A DNA stretch of 58,239 bases from Candidatus Omnitrophota bacterium. Its GTDB lineage: Bacteria > Omnitrophota > Gorgyraeia > Gygaellales > Profunditerraquicolaceae. This document shows positions 8,791 through 17,766 of this stretch, piece after piece; position 1 is the first letter of the stretch; the number at the start of each line of letters is the position of its first letter. The notes under the pieces are model-generated. The model was not told the DNA's origin and searched no databases. It saw nothing but the letters and a program-made list of their open reading frames with translations. The position numbers and the translations under genes were made by a program. The DNA is taken from positions 1 to 58,239 of the forward strand of contig JAQUOV010000010.1 in the NCBI GenBank assembly GCA_028716965.1, written 5' to 3'.

Positions 8791-10808
8791 CTGACATTAT
8801 GGAAAAGAAGAATCTTCTTGATGAATTTTATTCATTGGTCCAGGTAGACGATTATGACGGCCATTATGCCAAAGATATAAAAGATGGAACTTATTTCGGC
8901 ATGCCCCTTGATAGCATTGTCTCTGCGGAAAGACGCCTGCGTTCATCCGCAGAAAAGGGCATTGCTTATTTCTCCATGGAATACGGCCTGGCCACCAGTT
9001 GTTATAATAAATTTTCCAGCCAGCTTCCGTTGAGCGCAAGCAACAGGCTGCCGGAAAATGCCGTTTTCTCCAATTTCCGGGTGGCGGATTATTTCTTCGT
9101 CCTTCAATCCGAGAATATAATTGATATGCCTATCTACAGCGGAGGGCTGGGTGTTTTGGCCGGGGATACGGTTAAGACGATGGCCGATTATAAGCTTCCG
9201 GCTGCAGGCATAGGGATACTTTGGAATTCAGGTTATTTCAGGCAGAAGTTCTGGTTTAAATACGGCCAGGCACCGGAAAAGATGCGCTGGGACCCGTACA
9301 CCTATCCCGGTTTAGTCCCCTTAAAAAACAGAATCAGGATCTCCCTTAAACAGGAGGATGTGTATCTTAGGCTTTGGAAGTATTACGTTTATAGTTACAA
9401 GCATGATGCTGTTGTGCCGTTGATTTTGCTGGATTCCAATATCGAGCCTAACAACGCAAACGCCAGGAATTTAACCGACCAGCTTTATCGCAGCGATAAT
9501 GTGTTATTAAAATTACTGCAGAGGGTGATACTCGGTTTTGGCGGGATAAGCGCTTTAAATGAGTTAGGGTATAATACCAATATATATCATCTTAATGAAG
9601 GCCATGCCGTATTTGCTTTTGTCGCCAAAGCCAGGGGATTGGCAAATGACGAAGTAGAGAAGCTTAAAGGCAAATTTGTTTATACCTGCCATACCCCTGT
9701 GGAAGCCGGGCATGACCGGTTCTCTATGGATGATTTAAACAGAGTGCTCAAAAAAGAAGATGCCGATGTTATTGAGAAATTCGGCAAGGAACGCCCCGGG
9801 TTAGCCAACCTTACGTTGCTTTCCATGAATATCTCCTCGGCGATCAACGCAGTTTCCCATAACCACCAGAAGGTAATGCATATTCAATTTCCTAAATACA
9901 AGGACAGGATACAATATGTTACCAACGGCATCCATCCTTACACCTGGATGTCGCAGGAATTTAAAGGCCTTTTCGAGCAATTCCCCGCAACTTTTACCGA
10001 TTTCAAGAGTAACCCGATGATCTTATCAAGAGCAGCATCGCTTAAGGATGATCCTGATTTTCGCCTGCGCTTATGGGAGGCACATCAGTCTAACAAGGCT
10101 AATTTATGCAAATTCATTGATAAGTGGAGGCTGGATAAGGATAGTTTTACGATCTGCTGGGCCAGAAGGGTGGCTGCCTATAAAAGGCCGAGCCTTATTT
10201 TGCATGATATCGGCAGATTGGTGCGTATCGCCGAGGAGATCGGCCCTTTACAGGTGATCTTGGCCGGCAAAGCGCACCCCAATGACAATCTCGGTTTTAC
10301 TTATATCAATGAAATGCTGGATAAGGTTGATAAGTTGAATGAAGATTACAGTAAACTAAAGATTATTGTCCTGGAAAATTATGATATATCCCTGGGTAAG
10401 CTGCTTACCTCCAGCGTTGATGTCTGGCTGAATAACCCTTTGCCGCCTTTTGAGGCTTCCGGCACAAGCGGGATGAAAGCGATCTTAAACGGCGTTTTGC
10501 AGATGAGCACGGTTGATGGCTGGGTGGCGGAAGCTACTGACAGGCCGATTGGGGCATTCTTCGGGTATAAGAACAGCGAAGGCAGCGTAGGCAATGAATT
10601 TGATTTGCATATGAACGAAGATTCCGAAGAGTTATATAGTACTTTAAGCGGGCTGGTGCGCCTGTATTATAAGACTAATCAGCGTAGTAAAATAGATGTT
10701 TCTTCTGCCTGGATAGATATGATGATTGAATGTATTTGTACTTCGGCGCAGTTTAATACCTATCGCATGCTTGATCAGTACAAGAGCCTTATTTGGAAAA
10801 TCGCTTAA
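8781..10808 (+). CDS. glgP: Alpha-glucan (glycogen/maltodextrin) phosphorylase, GT35 family
   Basis: YFSMEYGL, SGGLGVLAGD, NEGHA and EASGTSGMK (PLP-lysine region) motifs. An alternative start ATG at 8799 is possible. Confidence 0.85.
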   Translation: MEIADIMEKKNLLDEFYSLVQVDDYDGHYAKDIKDGTYFGMPLDSIVSAERRLRSSAEKGIAYFSMEYGLATSCYNKFSSQLPLSASNRLPENAVFSNFRVADYFFVLQSENIIDMPIYSGGLGVLAGDTVKTMADYKLPAAGIGILWNSGYFRQKFWFKYGQAPEKMRWDPYTYPGLVPLKNRIRISLKQEDVYLRLWKYYVYSYKHDAVVPLILLDSNIEPNNANARNLTDQLYRSDNVLLKLLQRVILGFGGISALNELGYNTNIYHLNEGHAVFAFVAKARGLANDEVEKLKGKFVYTCHTPVEAGHDRFSMDDLNRVLKKEDADVIEKFGKERPGLANLTLLSMNISSAINAVSHNHQKVMHIQFPKYKDRIQYVTNGIHPYTWMSQEFKGLFEQFPATFTDFKSNPMILSRAASLKDDPDFRLRLWEAHQSNKANLCKFIDKWRLDKDSFTICWARRVAAYKRPSLILHDIGRLVRIAEEIGPLQVILAGKAHPNDNLGFTYINEMLDKVDKLNEDYSKLKIIVLENYDISLGKLLTSSVDVWLNNPLPPFEASGTSGMKAILNGVLQMSTVDGWVAEATDRPIGAFFGYKNSEGSVGNEFDLHMNEDSEELYSTLSGLVRLYYKTNQRSKIDVSSAWIDMMIECICTSAQFNTYRMLDQYKSLIWKIA

Positions 10809-10895
10809 AAACCGTATAGATTTAACTTTTAAACGTGGTAAGATTAATGAAGCCGTCAGGAGTACTTTAGGAGTGGGTAGATAAAAGAATAGAAC

Positions 10896-11324
10896 ATGAA
10901 GCGTATATGGTCTATTATTTTTGCGTTAATATTAATATCGTTGTTTCAGATCTCGTCCGCAACTACTCCTTTTCCTAAAGGGCGAGTTTATGAAATATCA
11001 GCTAAAGTCTTATCTTTAGATAGAATCGCATACCGTGATTTTTATCCAAAGGAAAACCTCACCGCTGTTTTTATTGAAGCCTCTATTGAAATATTGGAGG
11101 TTAATAGTTTAATTATGGAAAGTGAATCACCAGGTACTACGAAACATCTTGATACGTATAGAGTTGGACAAGTGCTGAAAGTAAGCATTCAGGCACGGGA
11201 GAATAGTTTGCATGAAGGAAGATTCGATATGGAAACCAATACAGTAATTAAATGTAATATTCATGCGTCGGGAAAAAATTATTTTATTGAGCAGATTAAT
11301 AAGATGGCTTTATCTCGGGAGTGA
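10896..11324 (+). CDS. Hypothetical secreted protein
   Basis: 142 aa with an N-terminal signal peptide (IIFALILISLFQISSA). No recognisable family. Confidence 0.4.
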   Translation: MKRIWSIIFALILISLFQISSATTPFPKGRVYEISAKVLSLDRIAYRDFYPKENLTAVFIEASIEILEVNSLIMESESPGTTKHLDTYRVGQVLKVSIQARENSLHEGRFDMETNTVIKCNIHASGKNYFIEQINKMALSRE

Positions 11325-11436
11325 TGTTTTTCTCAGCCAGTCTTGCTCCTTTTGTTGCTCCGTTTGATTATTGATAGTTGCCGACATAAGTTTTAAAGGT
11401 GGATTAACCCTCCGCGAGATAAATATAGTAAATTCT

Positions 11437-11510
11437 GCGCCCATAGCTCAATTGGATAGAGCACTTGCCTACGGAGCAAGTTGTTGCAGGTTCGATTCCT
11501 GCTGGGCGCA
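11437..11510 (+). tRNA. tRNA-Arg (anticodon ACG)
   Basis: Cloverleaf folded by hand: acceptor GCGCCCA/TGGGCGC, D arm GCTC..GAGC, anticodon stem CTTGC/GCAAG with loop CTACGGA, T arm GCAGG-TTCGATT-CCTGC. No encoded CCA. Confidence 0.9.
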
Positions 11511-11516
11511 ATTAAT

Positions 11517-11978
11517 ATGCAGAAAATAGAAAAGTTCTACATGTCAGAGGCCTTGAAGGAGGCGCAGAAAGCATTTGAAGAGGATGAAGTTCCGGTTGGG
11601 GCGGTAATAGTCCATGGAGGCAGGATTATTGCCCGCGGCCATAACCAGATTGAACGCCTGAAGGACCCCACTGCCCATGCCGAAATAATCGCTATTACCA
11701 GCGCGGCAAGCTACCTGGGGACAAAGTGGTTGAACGAGTCAAGCCTCTATGTTACAATTGAACCATGCAGTATGTGCGCGGGGGCGATGGTCCTGGCGCG
11801 TATAAAGAATTTATTCTTCGGCGCAAGCGACCCTAAGACCGGAGCCTGCGGTTCGGTCATTGATATCGCAAACCATAAGAAGTTAAACCACCGTATAAAG
11901 ATAACGAGGGGAATTTTGGAAGCCGAATGCGGTTCTTTATTGAAGGATTTCTTCAGGAAAAAAAGAAAAACCCCATAG
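11517..11978 (+). CDS. tadA: tRNA-specific adenosine-34 deaminase
   Basis: CDA zinc motifs HAEIIAI and PCSMCAGA; VPVGAVIV. The ORF-track start at 11481 would overlap the tRNA. ATG 11517 lies 6 nt after the tRNA end; ATG 11541 is an alternative start. Confidence 0.9.
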   Translation: MQKIEKFYMSEALKEAQKAFEEDEVPVGAVIVHGGRIIARGHNQIERLKDPTAHAEIIAITSAASYLGTKWLNESSLYVTIEPCSMCAGAMVLARIKNLFFGASDPKTGACGSVIDIANHKKLNHRIKITRGILEAECGSLLKDFFRKKRKTP

Positions 11979-11983
11979 CTATT

Positions 11984-12072
11984 GGAGAGGTGGCTGAGTG
12001 GTCGAAAGCAACTCACTGCTAATGAGTTGACCTGGGCAACTGGGTCCCTGGGTTCGAATCCCAGCCTCTCCG
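11984..12072 (+). tRNA. tRNA-Ser (anticodon GCT), long variable arm
   Basis: Acceptor GGAGAGG/CCTCTCC, anticodon loop CTGCTAA, long extra arm, T arm CTGGG-TTCGAAT-CCCAG. Confidence 0.9.
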
Positions 12073-12171
12073 AAAAATTTCTCGCGTAATGAGAAAAATA
12101 AATTTTGAGGCTTTATCTGGAGTCCTGCGAAGCGCCTCAGATTTTTCTAACTATATAAGCGCGGAGTAGGG

Positions 12172-12184
12172 CCCAGCCTCTCCG
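12172..12184 (+). repeat. Exact 13-nt duplicate of the tRNA-Ser 3' end (CCCAGCCTCTCCG, = 12060-12072)
   Basis: Direct comparison of the two sequences. The copy ends exactly at the position equivalent to the discriminator base. Confidence 0.85.
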
Positions 12185-12246
12185 TTTAGATCTTTTTAGA
12201 AGAGAAGATTCAACGCCAATTAATAAAACCTCAAGGAGAATAAGCG

Positions 12247-12480
12247 ATGATGATATCCATTGGGCTGACCTTCCCGGGCACTCTGCAGGATGAATCCATA
12301 ATTTGTTATCTTTGCAAGAAATTTGACATCAGTTTAAATATTATCGAAGCTTCTTTTTCCATGGAAGCGGGGTGGTCAATCCTGACTATAGAGGGCCAGG
12401 AGGATGAAATTAAACGGGCCTTTGAGTACCTGGCGGGAAAAGGCGTAAAGGTCCAGCAGATCAAGATAGATAAGAAATAA
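12247..12480 (+). CDS. NIL (ACT-like) domain protein
   Basis: 77 aa. The pattern ..GLTFPGTLQDESIICYLCKKFDISLNIIEASFS..GWSILTIEG..IKRAFEYLAGKGVKVQQI resembles the NIL domain of MetN-type proteins. Confidence 0.5.
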   Translation: MMISIGLTFPGTLQDESIICYLCKKFDISLNIIEASFSMEAGWSILTIEGQEDEIKRAFEYLAGKGVKVQQIKIDKK

Positions 12481-12495
12481 CAACCAATCTACTTA

Positions 12496-14094
12496 ATGGC
12501 TTATACTGTTTTTGCGTTAAAATGGCGCCCGCAGGATTTTGAGAGTATTGTCGGGCAGAACCATATAGTCGGTACCTTAAAGAATGCGATCCAGAAGAAC
12601 CGCCTCGCCCACGCCTATCTTTTTACCGGTCCAAGGGGGGTGGGTAAGACTTCTACCGCCAGGATCCTGGCTAAAGCCTTAAACTGCAAAGAGGGCCCAA
12701 CGGTTACGCCTTGCCAGAAATGCTCTTCCTGCCTGGGGATTAACCAGGGGAATTCCCTGGATGTTATAGAGATCGACGGAGCCTCTAACCGCGGTATTGA
12801 TGAAATAAGGGCCTTGCGTGAAAATGTAAAATTCTCCCCCGCGCAGGGCAAATATAAGGTTTATATTATTGACGAGGTACACCAGATAACCCCCGATGGT
12901 TTTAACGCCCTGCTTAAAACCCTTGAAGAGCCGCCGGAATTCGTAAAGTTCATCTTTGCCACTACCCATCCCCAGAAGGTAATGCCGACGATTATCTCCC
13001 GCTGCCAGCGTATGGATTTTCGCAGGATCACGGTAATTGAGATCATTTCCCAGCTTGAAAAGATTGTCCGCCAGGAGAATGCGGCCGTGGACAAGGAAGT
13101 GCTCTTTGCGGTTGCCAAAAGCAGCGACGGTTCATTAAGGGACGCGGAATCGATTTTAGACCAGCTGGTATCTTTTTCCCGGGGCAGTGTTTCTTTGAAA
13201 GATGCCATCGCTGTTTTAGGCATGGTTGAGCAGGATGTGCTGTTTTCGCTCACCGACAGGATAATCCAGAAAGACCCGCATGCAGCTTTAAAGCTTTTTA
13301 ATGAGATTATCGACGACGGCAAAGACCCGGGCGTGTTCCTTGCCAATCTTATTGAGCATTTCCGTAATCTGATGGTAGCGAAAGTCTCCAGGGCAGATAG
13401 TAAATTGGTTGATTTACCGCAGGAGGTCTGCGACCGTTTATTCAAGCAAAGCCAGTCGCTGGCCCTGGAAGAGATCTTTACCGCCTTTAATATTTTAGTT
13501 GCCACGCAGGAGATGGCTAAGCGCCTGGATTCCCAGCGTATACCGTTGGAGATAAGCCTGGTCAGGCTGGCCTATAATAAATCGGAAAGCAGCGGTTCGG
13601 CTTCAGGCAGCCAAAGCAAACCGGTTGCGTCAGGCGCTTTGGCCTGGGCAAAATCAAAGAAACCGGTTTTAGAAAAAGAAAAACAGGGGGATACGGAAGA
13701 AACGGCCAAGCATGAGGCCTGCGTGCAAACTCCGCAGGAGCCTCCATCGGTTTCCATTGAACAGGTAAGAAATGTTTGGAACAGTATCGTAAACAGCCTT
13801 GCCGGTATAAAAATGTCAGTATCTACCTATCTGAGCGAAGGGGAGCCGACTAAAGTGCAGGGTAATATATTGACCGTAGCTTTTCCCAAGAATTATTCTT
13901 TGCATAAGGAGTCGTTGGACAAGAAGGAAAATAAGGCATTGATTGAAAAGGCTGCCTCTGACTTATGCAACGCGGACTTAAGAGTAAACTTTATTTTAGC
14001 GGCGCAGGTAAAACAGGAGCATGACGTACGCAGCAACCCTTTTATTAAAACTGCCCTTGAGATGTTCGGCGGCAGGGTGGTCAAAGAAGAATAA
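12496..14094 (+). CDS. dnaX: DNA polymerase III subunit gamma/tau
   Basis: KWRPQDFESIVGQNHIV, Walker A GPRGVGKTS, Zn module CxxCxxC, DEVHQIT, SRCQRMDF. Confidence 0.95.
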   Translation: MAYTVFALKWRPQDFESIVGQNHIVGTLKNAIQKNRLAHAYLFTGPRGVGKTSTARILAKALNCKEGPTVTPCQKCSSCLGINQGNSLDVIEIDGASNRGIDEIRALRENVKFSPAQGKYKVYIIDEVHQITPDGFNALLKTLEEPPEFVKFIFATTHPQKVMPTIISRCQRMDFRRITVIEIISQLEKIVRQENAAVDKEVLFAVAKSSDGSLRDAESILDQLVSFSRGSVSLKDAIAVLGMVEQDVLFSLTDRIIQKDPHAALKLFNEIIDDGKDPGVFLANLIEHFRNLMVAKVSRADSKLVDLPQEVCDRLFKQSQSLALEEIFTAFNILVATQEMAKRLDSQRIPLEISLVRLAYNKSESSGSASGSQSKPVASGALAWAKSKKPVLEKEKQGDTEETAKHEACVQTPQEPPSVSIEQVRNVWNSIVNSLAGIKMSVSTYLSEGEPTKVQGNILTVAFPKNYSLHKESLDKKENKALIEKAASDLCNADLRVNFILAAQVKQEHDVRSNPFIKTALEMFGGRVVKEE

Positions 14095-14693
14095 TGGCTA
14101 ACTATACGGCTTCTATAGAAAAATTACTTGAATGTTTAATTAAATTTCCCGGGATCGGCAGGCGCAGCGCAGAGCGTATTGTGGCGCATGTTTTAGGCGC
14201 CTCCAAAGATGAGATCAGGGTTTTATCCGAGTCTCTGAATAAAGTAAAGGAGAGCGTACGTTCTTGCCGGATATGCAATAACTTAAGCGAAGAGGATACC
14301 TGCAAGATCTGCCAGGATATCCGGAGACAAAAAGAGATTGTTTGCGTGGTTGAGAAACCCAGCGATGTTACGGCAATTGAGAAAGCAGGCAATTTTCATG
14401 GTGTTTATCATGTGCTGCTTGGCTCAATATCACCCCTTGAAGGAAGGGGCCCCAGTGATTTAAAGATAGACGGGCTTATCCAGAGGATAAAAGAGAGCAG
14501 CATCAAGGAAATAATTATTGCTACCGATGCCGATACCGAGGGTGAAACTACCTCCATCTATATTACTAAGTTACTTAAGCCGCTGGGGGTGCATTTAAGC
14601 CGTATAGGACTGGGTATACCGGTGGGTTCAAACCTGGAATATGCGGATGCTACCACCCTTTCAAAGTCTTTAGAATCCCGCCGTACGATTTGA
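14094..14693 (+). CDS. recR: Recombination protein RecR
   Basis: KFPGIGRRSAERI (HhH), a C4 zinc finger CRICNNLSEEDTCKIC, and a Toprim segment IIIATDADTEGETT. TAATG overlap with dnaX. Confidence 0.95.
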   Translation: MANYTASIEKLLECLIKFPGIGRRSAERIVAHVLGASKDEIRVLSESLNKVKESVRSCRICNNLSEEDTCKICQDIRRQKEIVCVVEKPSDVTAIEKAGNFHGVYHVLLGSISPLEGRGPSDLKIDGLIQRIKESSIKEIIIATDADTEGETTSIYITKLLKPLGVHLSRIGLGIPVGSNLEYADATTLSKSLESRRTI

Positions 14694-14757
14694 TTCCATC
14701 AAGCTATTCATGCCTCGATGGAATCATCCTGAGGCAAAGCCGAATGATATTACAATC

Positions 14758-16683
14758 ATGATCAATATTATAAACCTTTCTAAAAATTACGGGTCCAAAA
14801 TTCTTTTTGAGAATATCTCTCTTAATATAAACCAGGGAGAAAGGATCGGCCTTATCGGGCCTAACGGTACAGGCAAGAGTACATTATTTTCCCTGATCTT
14901 GCAGGAGGCTGAACCTTCCAGCGGAGAGGTAAAGGTCAATAAAGGGGTGCATATAGGTTACTTGCCCCAGGAGGCGAGTTTTAAATCCGAACACACTGTG
15001 CTTGCGGAGTTAACCGAGGGGGATGAGAGGATCATGAGCCTTAAGGAGGAGAAGGAAAGGCTTGAGTCTAAAAATGATGCTGATTCCAAACGATACGGCG
15101 ATATACTGCATGAGCTGGAGACTTTGGGTTTCTTTGAGCTGGAGCATAAGGCCAAGAAGATCCTTGCGGGTTTAGGTTTTAAAGAAAGGGATTTTAGCCG
15201 GCCTATAAATCAGATGAGCGGCGGCTGGCAGATGCGTACCCTTTTAGGTAAACTGCTGACTTATCATTACGATTTGTTGCTGCTTGATGAACCGACCAAC
15301 TATTTAGACTTAAACGCGGCATTATGGCTTAAAGATTATTTAGCCGGTTTCCAGGGGACCTTTATTATGATATCCCACGATAAGGCATTTTTAACCGACG
15401 TTACCAACTACACGCTTATCCTGGAGAACGGTTCAATCTCAAAAGTACATGGTAACTATGAGCATTATGAAGAGATAAAAGCGCAAAAGCGCACGCACCT
15501 GATCAAGCAGTCCAAGGAGCAGGAGAAAAAAATAAAGCAGCTGGACCGGTTTGTGGCCAGGTTCCACGCGCAGCCGAATAAGGCGGCTTCTGTGCGTGCC
15601 AAGCGCCGGGTCCTGGAAAGAATGGAGGAGGAAAAGGTAGTTGTCCCGCCTGACCCGCGTGAAAGTATCGGTAATTTTCTTTTTCCGCAAACACGCAGGT
15701 CAGGGCACCGTGTAATTAATTTAAAAGGGGCCTCAAAGGCTTACGGCGATATCAGGGTTTATGACGGCTTGGATTTTGAAATAACGCAGGGAGAAAAGGC
15801 TGTTCTTGCCGGAGAGAACGGCGCGGGTAAATCCACGCTCTTAAAGATCCTGGCAGGGATTGTGAATATAGACAAAGGGGAGAGAGTGCTTGGGCACAAT
15901 GTGGATATCGGTTATTTCTCGCAGACGCGCACGGATGTCTTGAATGTTGAGAATACTGTTTTGCAGGAGGCGTATTCAGCTGCCCCGGGTTATATGGCGG
16001 AGGAGACAATTCGGACAATACTTGGGGCGTTTTTATTTACCGGAGATGACGCCGAAAAAAAAGTTAAGGTGCTCTCCGGAGGTGAAAAGAGCCGGCTTAT
16101 CCTGGCCAAGCTTTTGATTGACCCGCCGAACTTCCTGCTTTTGGATGAGCCGACTACTCATCTTGATGTGGATGCCGTGGATGCTTTAGTCAGGGCACTT
16201 AAAAACTATGAAGGCACAATTGTTTTTATCAGCCACGATATTTATTTCGTCAGATCAGTAGCGAATAATGTTTTTGAGGTTAAGGCAGGCAGGGTAAGAA
16301 AATTCCCCGGTTCATTTGACTACTATCTTGAGAAACGCGATGATATAACCGATACAGCTGTCGAGCGTAAACCAAGGCCTGCCCAATCCAGGCAGGTTGA
16401 TGAGGCTAAAGAAAGGGCCAAAGAAGAGGAGCGCAGGAATAAAGCGGATGAGAAGAAACGTAAATCCCATAATTCCATTATCCGCGATAAGATAAATAAG
16501 CTCCTTAAGAAGAAAGAAAGCTTGGAGGCTGAAAGTTATGCCAAGGCGCGAGCCCTGTCCAATCCGCATTTTTACCGTGATGAAGAAACGGCCAGGGAAT
16601 ATGGCAGGCGCATGAAGGAGATTGAAAAGCTTATCCGGGAGCTTGAAGAGGGCATAAAAGCTCTTGAAAGCCAGATTATCTAA
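14758..16683 (+). CDS. ABC-F family ATPase (two ABC domains, charged C-terminal coiled coil)
   Basis: Two Walker A motifs (GPNGTGKST, GENGAGKST), two signatures (MSGGWQMR, LSGGEKSR) and no TM domain. The internal ATG at 14758 gives the typical N-terminus MINIINLSKNYG. Confidence 0.9.
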   Translation: MINIINLSKNYGSKILFENISLNINQGERIGLIGPNGTGKSTLFSLILQEAEPSSGEVKVNKGVHIGYLPQEASFKSEHTVLAELTEGDERIMSLKEEKERLESKNDADSKRYGDILHELETLGFFELEHKAKKILAGLGFKERDFSRPINQMSGGWQMRTLLGKLLTYHYDLLLLDEPTNYLDLNAALWLKDYLAGFQGTFIMISHDKAFLTDVTNYTLILENGSISKVHGNYEHYEEIKAQKRTHLIKQSKEQEKKIKQLDRFVARFHAQPNKAASVRAKRRVLERMEEEKVVVPPDPRESIGNFLFPQTRRSGHRVINLKGASKAYGDIRVYDGLDFEITQGEKAVLAGENGAGKSTLLKILAGIVNIDKGERVLGHNVDIGYFSQTRTDVLNVENTVLQEAYSAAPGYMAEETIRTILGAFLFTGDDAEKKVKVLSGGEKSRLILAKLLIDPPNFLLLDEPTTHLDVDAVDALVRALKNYEGTIVFISHDIYFVRSVANNVFEVKAGRVRKFPGSFDYYLEKRDDITDTAVERKPRPAQSRQVDEAKERAKEEERRNKADEKKRKSHNSIIRDKINKLLKKKESLEAESYAKARALSNPHFYRDEETAREYGRRMKEIEKLIRELEEGIKALESQII

Positions 16684-16704
16684 TGTTAAAATATTACCCA
16701 CAAT

Positions 16705-16777
16705 TCCCCCTTAGCTCAGTTGGTAGAGCGAGAGACTGTTAATCTCCAGGTCCTAGGTTCGAGTCCTAGAGGGGGAG
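16705..16777 (+). tRNA. tRNA-Asn (anticodon GTT)
   Basis: Acceptor TCCCCCT/AGGGGGA, D arm GCTC..GAGC, anticodon loop CTGTTAA, T arm CTAGG-TTCGAGT-CCTAG. Confidence 0.9.
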
Positions 16778-16785
16778 TAAAATTT

Positions 16786-16809
16786 GGCACCTATGATAGG
16801 TGCTTTTTT
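16786..16809 (+). terminator. Rho-independent terminator after tRNA-Asn
   Basis: GGCACCTA-tga-TAGGTGC hairpin followed by TTTTTT. Confidence 0.6.
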
Positions 16810-16900
16810 ATTGACAAATTTTACCGTATGCGAAAGGACGAGAATCTGGATTTCGAGCGACCGAGCGTAGCGAGGGAGTGGTTGAGCGTAAGCGAAACCA

Positions 16901-16914
16901 TCCTAGAGGGGGAG
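16901..16914 (+). repeat. Exact 14-nt duplicate of the tRNA-Asn 3' end (TCCTAGAGGGGGAG, = 16764-16777)
   Basis: Direct comparison of the two sequences. The flanking AATTT is also shared. Confidence 0.85.
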
Positions 16915-17103
16915 CCAATTTAGACGGGAAGCCCTTTTTGCGAATAGCGAGAAGGGCTTTCTATATGTAGGGGTTATACTTACGTCATTGATGGAGTAGT
17001 TCGAGGCTACGGCTCGCCAATTAGGAATATCGTTTGCTTTTAAATATTCTAACCAGTTCATAATTCACGAAATTGCATAGACAAATATTAGCTTTTCTTA
17101 GAT

Positions 17104-17562
17104 TTATTTCTTTATTTCGATTTTGAAATTTGGTATTTCGTTATCAGCACAGGAAAATTTAACACCAACACCATCAATTGCATTATATATTTTATATTTA
17201 TCATTAGGATTATCTAGCGTTAGTGATATTTCTGAAGTATCACCGTATCTTTCATTGATAATATAAATAATGTCTCCCTCGCTAGTTTTTGTCTTAGTTA
17301 CAATCCAAGGAAAATTTTTCTTTTGTAGAATCTTACCGTCTTTGGCAGAAATATATGCAAATCTATAGTTTTTGTAATCTTGAGCAGCGTCTTTTATGCC
17401 AAAAATAAGAATAATACTGGCTGCAAGTATAGCACAAATCCTAATCCATAATATACCCTGAAGAGAGGAAGGAAGAAAACTGTAGATAGTGTTAAAAATG
17501 AGGATTACAATCCAAAGAATTATTGAAACAAACAGTATAGCCATAAAACTCCTTCCACGCAT
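17104..17562 (-). CDS. Hypothetical small membrane protein (2 TM helices plus a soluble C-terminal domain)
   Basis: 152 aa with two hydrophobic helices, in an AT-rich context. GAGGTATAAT lies about 14 nt upstream of the ATG and there is no Shine-Dalgarno sequence. Confidence 0.4.
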   Translation of the reverse strand: MRGRSFMAILFVSIILWIVILIFNTIYSFLPSSLQGILWIRICAILAASIILIFGIKDAAQDYKNYRFAYISAKDGKILQKKNFPWIVTKTKTSEGDIIYIINERYGDTSEISLTLDNPNDKYKIYNAIDGVGVKFSCADNEIPNFKIEIKK

Positions 17563-17648
17563 TCTTGTTTAATTATATTATACCTCACTATTTTATTAAT
17601 CAAACTATTTTCCCACCCAGATTGTTTTTGATTTAAAGCGCAATACAC

Positions 17649-17727
17649 AAAAAACTCGGCAATGCGGCATGCCGAGCTTTTTGCATACATAGAAAGCGAA
17701 TTAACGTTCAGCTTCGATGAGATTCTA
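17649..17727. repeat. Left arm of a 79-bp inverted repeat (77/79 identical to the reverse complement of 20355-20433); contains a bidirectional terminator-like hairpin
   Basis: Aligned by hand. The only mismatches are TT/CC in the hairpin loop. On the - strand it reads CTCGGCA..TGCCGAG followed by TTTTTT, immediately 3' of the 293-aa gene. Confidence 0.85.
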
Positions 17728-17766
17728 TTGAAAATAATTTTGTGCTTAAATTTCAAATAAGCTAAC

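Noticed and set aside
12073-12246. SRP (4.5S/scr) RNA, expected by synteny between tadA and dnaX
   Set aside because: The only candidate hairpin (TGAGGC..GCCTCA with an internal GCGAAGC) is too short. It also lacks the conserved domain IV motif (GGUCCGGAAGGAAGCAGCC-like symmetric and asymmetric loops).
12496-14094. Programmed -1 frameshift site in dnaX (gamma subunit), as in E. coli
   Set aside because: No A AAA AAG-type slippery heptamer with a downstream hairpin was found in the expected region, only A-rich stretches around 13650-13690. There is no evidence either way.
16720-16923. 67-aa ORF (TTG start) overlapping tRNA-Asn
   Set aside because: It starts inside the tRNA gene and runs through the terminator and the att-like duplicate. 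It is an artefact of the open frame.
17520-17756. 78-aa - strand ORF covering the left inverted-repeat arm
   Set aside because: The same frame is open in the right arm (..RISSKLNVNSLSMYAKSSACR(I/T)AEFF..) but has no start codon there. There is no RBS, and the ORF overlaps the promoter and start of the next gene. It is most likely non-coding repeat sequence.
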